Shown here: piece after piece, positions 25,592-37,066 of the stretch
Layout of the letters: each line of letters opens with the position of its first letter
How positions within the stretch are numbered: position 1 is the first letter of the stretch
Assembly (NCBI GenBank): GCA_905331295.1
Contig: CAJNYD010000225.1
Span: forward strand, 1-64,000
Source: Rotaria socialis
Taxonomy: Eukaryota
Direction: 5' to 3'
DNA length: 64,000 nucleotides
The notes under the pieces: model-generated
The model's input: only the letters and a program-made list of their open reading frames with translations
What the model was told of the DNA's origin: nothing
The model's database searches: none
Position numbers and translations under genes: made by a program

Positions 25592-27069
25592 TATTTTTAT
25601 TTGTATCAATGACTAAAGAAACTCAGTTATTGTTTCAATATTAATATCTAAGAACGAGTTACTTATTTAACCTCGAATCAGTTCGAGTGATGCTGACAGC
25701 AATGTATCGAATTATAGTCAACGATCATATATGCAGGTCAATGACGTTGAGTTAGTTCTAGCTAGAACAAAAAATAACATTACTTCTCGCCAATACCGAT
25801 CAATCATCATCATAGTCGTCGTCGGCTTTTCTTTCGTCGTATGTTGAAGTAATGGTACTAGTGCACACGACCGACCGTTGAACGGAATCATTGTCTGGCA
25901 TCTATCATTATCTAGAGAAGTTGAGAGAAGGAAATAGAATGCAGCAAAAAAAAAAGAAAAAGAAAAAAAAAAGAATAGTGTAACACATTTTCCATCTGTT
26001 GTGATGTGCGAGAAGTAATACACAAAACTAGCGGCAGTAGCTGTAGAGTAGTATTGCTATTCAATCTACTAGATGATTAGAAAAATGACGCGATGACAGG
26101 CTTTTTTTTCTTTTTATTCGTCTAAGATGTTTTCTTGTCTACCTAATAAGGATAATGACAGATCTGATATTCTTTATGAGGTATTATTGATAGAATAATA
26201 TTGACGGATAATGAATAGTAGCATGTCAATACATGGTCATCATCAGAAGATTGTATTTTTGTTTTATTGAAACATACAAGAATATGTCGTTGACTTCAAA
26301 ATTTTAGTCATGAATAATATAGATCTCATTGTTCGTGCACTAGAACATGATTTCATTAGATAATTACAGAGTACTTTGACTAGTACGAAACAGATTATCA
26401 TCTATAGGATTTAAAATAAATCATTATATGAATATAAATTTACTGCATTCAAGTATGACGAAAACAATTATATGTAACATGATTATTCTATTTATATATT
26501 AAATAAATTCATCTCATAGAACAATATATTCAGAGATCCAACTCATGAAAATTAATTGGTTTTCGACAATTGAATTACACTCGCACTTGTATTGCTTTCT
26601 TTCCATAATTGTGCCTAGCTGTCATTACGCTGATTTATTTGATATACTACATATGGGAAATGATTGCAACATAAATGCGTCGGCTAAATAATTATTATAT
26701 TAATACGAGAGTAAAGCAAAAATAGAAGATAATGAGAGTTTTATTTCAAAATCAATTGAAAAGCTAAATAAACATCAATTCAGAAACAAATACGATGATC
26801 ATTAAATTAAATAGCTTACCGTATTAAAAAAAATCCTTTCATTTTCTTTGACGATAGCTCGCGTATCGTTTGTTAAATTTTTATTTTTTTATTTTTCTCT
26901 CAAAATGTCTTCACTCATACAGTGAGTTTAACTACAAACAGACAAAAAAAAAATATTCAAACACTCCCTAGACACTCTTCTTTGTGTTTCTTTTTTTTGT
27001 ATTATAAATTTTTGAAAATACTGCGTTTCACTCATATACATAAATATACAAAAGGCAGAAAGAAACTCA

Positions 27070-27798
27070 TCAAAGTGATATTATTGGACCTGTATATTGA
27101 AGTGATTCAGTATAATATTCATCGTCAAATATTCGTTTTAAAATATAATTTCTATCGTTTTCATTTATATTTGTTGCCGACTGTACCGACGATGGTTTAG
27201 CAATATAACATGTACAATCATTTTCATTTGAATATGGTGGACTAAGAATATCCAAAAAAGCACAATGATCATTATCTATCGTATATATTTCGTGAATATT
27301 TGATTGATTCGGATAGAGTACAGCTGTTTCTGATTGTGAATTGATTGATGTCGATATGTGTCGAGTACCAATAAGTTCATTTTCACTTTTTTCAAATAAA
27401 ACATTATAAGCATTTAAATGACCTTGACCATCAAGAACTTTGATTAAACCAAACATACGTGGATGATCATGTAATGGCATACGATGATGAGATTTTATAA
27501 TAAATATTCCCACCGATATAACATTATCTTCATATAATTTCATATAAAAAACTGGAGCATTTGAATTTAAAAATACTTCTTGGTTTCTTTGATCAATTGG
27601 ATTTGATGGTTGACCATTTTTTATATTATCAAATAATGTAAAATTTAAATCATGCTTTGTTATTCGATTCATTGAACGTCTGAGTGAATCAATGCAATCC
27701 TTTGCATCATAGTTATGATCATTCTTTGATAATATTATGGAAAATGTTTGTTTCGCTTGTTTTATTAATGTTAATATACGTGATGAAGATGATTGCAT
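27070..27798 (-). CDS. ADO: 2-aminoethanethiol (cysteamine) dioxygenase, PCO/ADO cupin family; intronless CDS
   Basis: MPLHDHPRMFGLIKVLDG (HxH iron ligands), SNIHEI (third His), CAFLDILSPPYS and C-terminal YTGP. ATG at 27798 follows a TTTCAG acceptor. Confidence 0.93.
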   Translation of the reverse strand: MQSSSSRILTLIKQAKQTFSIILSKNDHNYDAKDCIDSLRRSMNRITKHDLNFTLFDNIKNGQPSNPIDQRNQEVFLNSNAPVFYMKLYEDNVISVGIFIIKSHHRMPLHDHPRMFGLIKVLDGQGHLNAYNVLFEKSENELIGTRHISTSINSQSETAVLYPNQSNIHEIYTIDNDHCAFLDILSPPYSNENDCTCYIAKPSSVQSATNINENDRNYILKRIFDDEYYTESLQYTGPIISL

Positions 27799-27934
27799 AT
27801 CTGAAATAATAATCACATGGGAAGTTTAGGATATCTTTACTTTTTTTTTATTAGAAAAGACAAAAATGAACAGGACTAATCAGTATATACAAAGAAAGAT
27901 CTTCTTTTAAATTTCATATATATTGTTTTTGTTT

Positions 27935-30900
27935 TTAATGACGATGAGAGCGATATTTGAGTTCAATTTGTTCAAGTAAAAGATCGATGGGTAATGAACA
28001 TGGTACACTCGAAAGTATGGATTGATGAAATAAATTTAATTTTCTTGCGAAATTTTCATCACTATCATTTATTAAATTTGGAATATTTGAACAAATTATA
28101 GCGTAATTAAGGATGGATAAAAGTCGTCGACTTATATCGATAAGACTGATTCTAAAACGAAAGAAAAAGAAAACAAACAAAATAGTTTCAATGAATATTA
28201 CATAACAAAACAAGAGTTCAATTACCTTTTGAAATATTTATCAGCAATAACATCTGCTAATTGATCACATAATCGATGAACTTGAGTGAGTATATTTGTA
28301 TGAATACGGTTTGAAAATGTTGTCTAAATGTAGAATTATGCATTATTTATCGACATAATAAATTTTTCATCAATTCGTTTTAGGAAATAATTGGATCTAC
28401 AGGTTCAACATGCAAATGAAGTGATGAATACTATTGAGATAAGCGAGAAAAAAATGGACGACATTTAATTTTGGTTTTGATTACTGAGACTACAACTGAG
28501 GTAATGGAGAAAAAATAGTTTGCATTAGAATTAAAGTGCATAGTTAAATATCTTGTTATTGTAAGAGAATTTCGTTATAAATGAGGATTTAACTGTAAGA
28601 AGATCATCTAGATAAGAATTAGTCATTGTCGTTACAACTTAAAAAGTGTGTTAAAGAGTTTTTAAAATATTATAATATTAAATTCTAGAATAATGTTGGC
28701 TAGATCGAATCTATTGGAAAAGAAACTACGAAAATTACAAAAACTGGATGCTACATATTTTTAATGATGGCTTTTCAACTATTGAACTACTAACTATCTT
28801 CTTTTAAGTATAGATAAAGAAATTGAAGAGTCGCCTTTGTTCTAAGATATATTGGTTTCATTATCAGAGAACAAAACTATTAGTTTCTATCTAACGATAA
28901 TGGAGAAAAAGAATATTCAGACAAATATACATTAATATGAATAGGGGATTTAAAATGACATTAACACGTAGAGTTCAAACTTAACGGATAAAATTGATAG
29001 TCTTTTTTGCAGTATCGAAAGTATGAGACTGAATGTGAAAACAGTTAAATAAATGTGATGGTGATAATTTTTATTTGATCAAAATTATCATGCTAATTTT
29101 GGAATAAGGATCTGTTTATGCGAAATTTTTTCATCTACTTTTAGTTTTGTAATAGAACTAATTTTACGAATGAGTCAATGATTATTTCAATAATTTATGC
29201 AAATTAGTGCTATGAATCGAGTTGAAACTTATTGATTTATCTTTACATACTTGTCCATGTCTAATTTTGTCGAAAATAATCAATAGATCAATATACTGTC
29301 TTGCAAAACCACCACGTCTATTCCAATGTGCAATATTCGCTCGTTGGTGATCTAATAAATCTAACACTTCTTTTGCAAATTCATGATCCCCTAAAAATGT
29401 ATTGACTTTTGTATATAATAGGAAAACAAGAAAAAAACACGAACCTTTCATAAGTGTATCATGGAAAACATAATAACAATAAGTATCATGTGCTTTTCTC
29501 CATTGTTTTGCATCAATCCAAAGACGAACAGCATTTGTCCATTGCTTATCATATTCAGCTCTTTGTGCTTTTGCTGATAAAATCATATTTATAGGAATAT
29601 TATATTTATCAACAAGTGTTTGTTCATCTTGTGTTAAATCTATATCTGATGTTACATGACGATGAAGAAATTCATTGACAATTCTTTCTCGACTAGAAGC
29701 AATAAAATAGAATATTCTTTTGTTATTCAACATGAATATATTTAGTAACATACTTCGTTGGTTCATTAATATGAAGTAATACAAATATTGATAATTGCCA
29801 AAAGCCAAGTTGTTCAAGTTGCCGAGCAAAACTAACATGTACACTTGCATCATTCTCAATTAATAATGGACAACTACCTAATGATTGAAGTGTCATATAC
29901 AACATCCAACTAAGAGAATTTAACATAGCAGTTATCAATCAAACGCAAAAAAAAACAAGATATATTTTTACCTTAGTCGATAATCAAATGGATTTTGAGT
30001 ATAAGAACTAACATCAAACACATTATCAATTGGGTATGTATCATCAGTATAAAGTTTTAATAATTTCCAACGTAGATCAAGAGCTTTAGTATTTCCGTGA
30101 TGAGCTATGGGCTCAAGCCAATAATGCTCTTGATATGCTGATTCAAAATCACGAACAATAGTTGAAACTGAATCCGATGCAGAATTAGCAAACCTAGGAT
30201 ATAAAAAAGAGTTTATTCAAACAATTTTATTGAAACAATTGACTTGACTATTTTTTAAATTAGAGTAACTATTAGTAGGTTGCCGTTGATCGTTCTAAAT
30301 CGGCAATTCTACTGACCAAGTTTCACAGGAGATAATCATCGTTGCCGAAATAAACTTTATTCTTATTAAAATTTTACCTGAAAGATACTATGTGATTAAA
30401 AAAAAAGAACGAACTTAAATTCCTAACCTATTAAACCGCAAAGCAGGATATAGTTGCTCTTGTTACTCATAGGGAAATATTTTTTTTGTCTTCTATTTAG
30501 TTTAAAGTACATTTCTTCTCTATTGTTTCAATTAATTATCTATAAATGCAATAAGCAGATCATATAATTCAGACGACACATTCTCATCATGGGCAATCTA
30601 ATTACGGGCATCTCTAGAACACATAACATGAAACTTTTACTGCTTCATACGCCGCCAGTATGCCTTTTAGATAATGTTACACGAAAAATAATTCACATGA
30701 GTCAATATTTCTCAAGAAATGTCAACTGATCATTTTTGATTAATCTTTAATAAATCAACGTCGAAAATTTCTCATCACACTAAATAATATTGTTTCGACG
30801 TAACATAAAAGTATTGTATTAATATTAAAAATATTAGTGTTCTTTCCAGAAAAAAAATCTTAACTACCAAAGATGTAGTGCTAATGCCATTTGCCAATAA

Positions 30901-33900
30901 GTTGTTCGATTTTGATCAACTAAATTATGACCTTTGACAATGAATTCACCAGATAAAATTGCAATTGTTCGTCGAAAATCTTTTGAGTAAATATCAACAA
31001 TCTAAGAAATAGAAAATTAAATAGACAGATAGTTAATGTGAGAAAAACACGACAGATGTTACTAATATCTTACATCTTCATGTGCACAATGACGAAGAAT
31101 ATCGCGAACAGTATTACTACCAGATGCAGCATGAACAAGTGCTGCCAATCGAAGATCACCTTCATCGTGAGCAAATTTTACACAGTCATTTAGTAGACCG
31201 CGTGATAAAAATTCACAGTTTTGCATTATCCATTGCTATGGAAAAAAAGTAATTTGATATACGTAGATAAATTGATATTCAATATTTGACTTACTTCTTG
31301 TTGTGGTTGACTCAATATGCATTGGTGTAACCAATTCGATAACAAATGACGTCTTTGTTGCTCTTCAAAATAAGTTTGATTAATTAATTGAATATTTGTT
31401 GGTGTTTCAATCGGTCCCCATAGTAAACGGCATAATTGAAAAACTTGTAATGAATAATGAGTGAGTGTTTGAAATGAATTATTATCATCCATGTTTTCTA
31501 TTCAATAGAAGAAAAAAAACTCAGTCAATAATATTCAAAATTTTATTGGCAAGAAAAGTAGGAAATTCTTTTCTATGTAGCCTATCGAGTGTAAACATTT
31601 CAAGTAGAAGATAAGAGTTGGAAAAAACCCTAATTACGTGTAACATTTTTTATTTTAGTTTTGTTCAATTTAAATTACTAAAGAGTATTTTCGTTAGAGA
31701 TTTGTAGGATACAAATACAAAAACTTCTCTTAGTTACAAGATGGAGTATGGAGAAAGTTAACCCGACATTGTCATCGTCTAGTGGAAGTTCACAATGATA
31801 TTCATGTGTGGTACTTGGAACAACGATGCAGTAGACAATCAGAAAATCCTCTCACATGTGCAAAGAAAAAAAGTTGAGACGCGAAAGATAAACATGAGGA
31901 AGTTGTATTTATTTTTCCTGCATAGACATGATGTGACTATCGATGCTCTTGAGTGTCTTCATGACAATCGATTTCAATCTTTTGCTTTTCAAGTAAATTC
32001 TACGTTCATTTTCTCTATCTGTGTAGACTACAATTCTTGCACTTTGCCCATTCAACAAAATAGCTTCAGAGAATAAAATTTATTGAAAGTCATAAAAATA
32101 GAATTTATAGAAAATAATAAGTTTTTCTTGATTATAAAAAAATATATATCGTGTCATTTGTGAAGAACATCGAGCTATTTAAATTTTCTTTTTATTGAGC
32201 TTACTTTCATCTAAAATTTTGTTATAAAATTCAATAAATCGTTGCACAACGTTTGGATCTTGACGAACTTGAAAATACGGGATATCTAAGTTTTCCTCAG
32301 TTTGTTTTACACATGATAAAAAATAAATTTCGAAGAACTCTAGTAATTCGTCCGTAGCTTGTTCATTAAAATTCATTGGTGTCTGAAGTAAAATACGCGT
32401 TTCATTCAAAGCTAGAAAAGACAAAAATTTTGTTTTAAATAAAATAGAATTCCCAAATTTGTCTTTTTATACTATCGATTGATCCATATTGAAGATAATG
32501 TGAAAAATTTGTTCGAAAATATTTTCCTCGAATTCGTGCTATTTCTTCTGGTAATTTTGAATAAACACGTTCACGTATGGGCTTTATTGGCGCCTTAAAT
32601 GTTATTCGAGTTTTATCATCTTCCATCGTAGTTGTTTGTTCACTAATGGGGTCTTAAAAAGCAAAAGGTAATAATTATATCTAAAGCAAATCATTCTTTC
32701 TTTTTCATACCATGAATAATTGGAATCTGTCGATTATCAGAAGTAATAATTTTTGTTGAAGTTACCATGTGATCTAAACGAATGGAAAATAATGAATGAA
32801 TCATAAGATTATTTATTACTACCATTTGTCGGTTGGAAACCATCGAAATCATCTTCATCATCATCACAAAACATTGATTGTACCAACTGTTCAACGGCAT
32901 TCGGTCTTAAACCAATTAATGATTGATTAGAAAAACGAACATTTTGATGCTGTTGTGTCAATAGTGATGTTGTGTTTTCTTTTTCTTCCATATCCATTGG
33001 CTGAGACTTTGGTGATGATAAAGCATATGTATCATTTAATGCAATTGTTTGATCAAGAAAATTAGGATTTAATGTTTTTGGTGCTTGTTGTTGTTGTGGT
33101 TGTGGTTGTTTAACAACAACAAAATCATCTTCACTACCATCAAGACCATAACGTGTAAAATGTTTTACTGTAAATGTCCATGAACCATCTTTTATACCAT
33201 AATCAACAAATTCACCATCAAATTTTTTTGTTATTTCACGTAAATAATCACTATAATTCATAGCTTTGATACGTTCAACATCACTTATTTCTTCTCGTGT
33301 TGTTCGATCAATAGGATAAACACCGTATAATGTTATACGAGCTGGAATGTTTAATTCTTTACCAACAGGCGGTTTATTATTATCATCGGGATAAACAGTT
33401 AATTCATGACACTCGATTTCAACTAAAAGCAAGCAAAAAGAAAAATAACAATAAATATAAAATTCCACGTGAATTATTATATTTTTACTTATTCGATCGA
33501 GATCAAGACCAGTAACATTGACTTGATCATAGAATGTTACTGAACCATATTTTTCATGTCCGACAGTAAATTTTTCTACAATACATTGACCTTTATCGTC
33601 GAATAAAGATTTCAATTCTGACATTGACGGCTTAATATAATAATGTTCACGCGTTAATGTTGGTAAATGATAAGCATGACTATTGGAATTCGATCTGGTT
33701 ATATCCGTATGCTCATAATCAAGTGCGAGTTTTGTTCTTTGTATTGAACTAGTTGACGTAGAAGATGATGATGATGATGGTAGTGGTGGTGGTGGTGGTG
33801 GTGTTGCTGTTGTTGATGGTAGCGGTGGATAAGATGGCGATTGAACAAGTGTCGTTGATGGATGAGACATTGGAGGGGATGGTTGTTTATGAACAATGAG

Positions 33901-36698
33901 TGGTGTTGAATGATGAAGAGGTAACATTCCACGATTGCTATCTAAAATAAATACATATATTTTAACATTTTTCAATCGAAATATTTTCATTTTCATTTCA
34001 AATAAACTTACGTGTTGGATGTAATGTTTGTTCATTATTAACAGTTGTTGATGAAACATGAACTGAAGCAGTATCGATTGTTGTTGTTGTTGAAGCTGAT
34101 GATCCTGCTGATGGTATTGTATGAACAGTAGATAGAATATTTGTATTATTGTTCATATTAGCTAATGTTTCAAGTTCAGCAAGACGTCTTAATGGATAGA
34201 GTGAACGAATAGATTCAGATTGAAATGATGAATCAATAAAATCATTTGATAAGCGTAATTTCGACATTTTATTTCTTCCCATTAAAACAAGTTCTTCTTC
34301 TTCACTGAAATCTGCTGTTAATGGACTTTTAATTTGACCTGTTATTGATGATGTCGTTGGTTGATTAGGTGATTTAATATCATTATTCATTGTATTTGAT
34401 GATGGTGATGAACAAACAGGTTTTAATTTGAAACGTATATCGACCAATGGACGAGCTGAAGATGATTTACGAGAATTTGATTGTAAAGATAATGTGATTG
34501 GTGATGATGTTGATGTTGTTGCTGTTGTAGATGAAGTTGCGGCAACAATAAAATCTGCTGGTGCTTTTAGTTGATCGGCATTATTGAAATCTTTTTTTCC
34601 CCGACTAGCAAATGGATCAAGAAGTGATGCAGCAAGAAATCTTTGTTGAATTAATGATACGGGTTGTTGAATATTTTGTTGTGCACCTTGTGTTTGAGTT
34701 ATATTTGTTGGTGCACCAAAAGTTGCGTTGGTTGTAGTTAAGTTTGATCCAAACGGTGCAGAAAATCCAAATGGTTGAGTTATACTTGATGTTGCTGGTT
34801 GTACTTGAGCAAAACTAAATCCAGCATATGGTTGAGAATTAAACATCGATGAAGCTGTTGTTGCTGGTGTACCAAATAGACTGGGTCCACTACTTGTTGT
34901 TGTGGATGAAAACGAAAACGGGCTCGCAGTTTGAGCAGCTGCTTGTGTACCAAAACCACCGAACATAGGAGCTGTAGCCGCTATTGACGTTGCGGGATTA
35001 CCAAAGATACTTGCTGTTGTTGCTGCTGGTGCATTAGTACCAAAGCCTGTGAATCCTGATGTACTCGTTCCGGCACCAAATACGGGTGCAGCTACGCTGG
35101 TTGTTGTACCAAATATGCTTCCTGTATTCTGTTGAGTGCCAAATGGATTTGTCATCGTTGGAGCTGTCGTTGAGGTTGGAACACCAAATATATTGTTGGT
35201 AGTCGTCGGGGCTGTAGTACCAAATGGTGTTGATGTTGTTGGTTGAGAAAATAGACTCGTACTTGTTTGTGGTTGAGATCCAAAAGAAAATGGTGTTGAA
35301 GTATTGGTTGCTGTTCCGAAACCTAGAAAATATCAAAAGAATTTCTTATTTTAATTCTTTCCCCTAAAAATTTCAATTAACCAAACGTATGTTGAGCTGT
35401 AGCTGTTTTAGCCCCAAACGGATTTGTCGTTGCTGTTGTTGAACCGAAAATACTTGTTGTTGGTTGTGTTGTACCAAAGATTGATCCTGTTGTTGGTGCT
35501 GTTGATGTTGCAGTACCAAATGGGCTTGCTGTTGTAGCAGTCGGTGCTCCAAATATACTTGTTGTTGGTGCTGTACTTGTACCAAATGTAAATGAAGGTG
35601 TTGATGTTGCGGGTGCAGCTGAAAATAAGTGATTACATAAAACAACATAAGTATTAATATGTTTCATCATACCGAACGGACTTGCTGTTGTTGTTGTGCT
35701 AGTACCAAACATATTCGATGCTGTCGATGGAGCAGAAAATGTTGCTAGAAAACAATACATTCAAGATTTATTTCAAAAGAAACGTATATTTAAACTACTG
35801 CTAGCGCCGTATGGTGCTGGATTAAACGGTGTTGATGATGAAAAAGTTGTCGAACCGAACATAGAATTTGCTGCTGGGAATTTTCGATTTGATTGATAAT
35901 CTTCCATGCGTAGTTCTTCTATTGATTTATTTATAAATTCTTTCATTGCACATATACACTGAAGTTTAGTATTAATTGTTTGAAATGTATTGTTTTTTGC
36001 CCGCATTGTATCTATACAAGAAAGCATAGTGTATTTGTGTCTTTTTTTAAAGTTATCGGTCTACCTTGACCAGCCACAGGCTCAAATTTAACGGTTGTAC
36101 CCATTTGAGCTGCTCCTGTTACTGACGAACCGAATATACTGTTTGTTTGTGCGGGTTGTGCAGTACCAAATGTTGATGGTGTTGAACCAAATATTGATGT
36201 TGGTTGAGCTGCTGGTTGAGTTGAACCAAACAAAGACGTTCCACCAAAGCCTACATAGAAATTGAAATGATGAATTTTATCGTCCATTATTTTGTTTTCT
36301 CACCTGTTGCTCCTGTAGCTTGTGTTGTCGAAGCTGGCGTACTACCAAATGTGGTTGTACTACCAAATGGACGAATAGTTGACGAATTTTGTAAACCAGT
36401 ACCAAATGTAAGGGGCTGTGGTGTGGTTGGTACAGCTGCTGACACACTGCTAGTTGGATTACCAAATGTAAATGTTGAATTTAACGAAGCAGGAGCTATT
36501 GTACCAGTACCTGGAGCAGCTGACGCTCCAAACAAAAATCCTGTTGTTGCTGGAGTAGCAGCAGTATTTGTTGATGTTGCACCAAACGCTGTATGAAATA
36601 AACAAAAGATATGATGAAATCGATTTACTTTCAAAATACATACGATTTGCGGGTGCTGTACTGCCACCAAATGAAAATTGACTGGTACCTCCGAACAT
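27935..36698 (-). CDS. NUP98: Nup98-Nup96 polyprotein precursor, multi-exon
   Basis: N-terminal FG repeats; GLEBS motif (GTTVKFEP...LQCICAMKEFINKSIEELRMEDY); autoproteolytic domain YYIKPSMSEL...FTVGHEKYGSVTF...VYPDDNNKPPVGKELNIPARITL...GSWTFTVKHFTRYGL; Nup96 motifs (GDLRLAALV, DLRWKLLKL, FARQLEQLGFWQLSIFVLLHI). Confidence 0.95.
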
Positions 36699-37066
36699 TT
36701 TGAAATCGGTGAAGTTTTAATCGAGGATACAAATGGCTGAAATATATTTATCGTCTGGTAATTTCACTTCTCTTTCTAATTCGTGTCCAACAGGATAGTT
36801 TGAAAACGAATGAAATCGCTTCATAGATGTCATTTTACATGTTTTTTAAATTTAAATAAAAATTATTCTAAATAAAAGAAATAAATTCGTTTAAGTTTTA
36901 TATTTAAAATTTTACAACTTAATATTTATTTATCGTCGAACCAATTGGCGTATTGCTGACGATGCAACTAACGAATTATGATAAAGAGCGTTTGTTAGCT
37001 GGCAGTTTATTTGCTTGTACTTCAAAATAAATAGAATTTACGTTAATCAAGGTTAAGAAAATCGTA

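Noticed and set aside
33699..33932. His/Gln-rich ORFs here and at 17617-17856 and 35373-35648
   Set aside because: Alternative-frame readings of Pro/Ser/Thr-rich exons of Nup98 and the E-protein.
34690..36600. Recurring ACCAAA/CCGAA short repeats that could suggest a CRISPR-like array
   Set aside because: They are the codons of Nup98 FG repeats on the minus strand; there is no constant repeat-spacer period and the DNA is eukaryotic.
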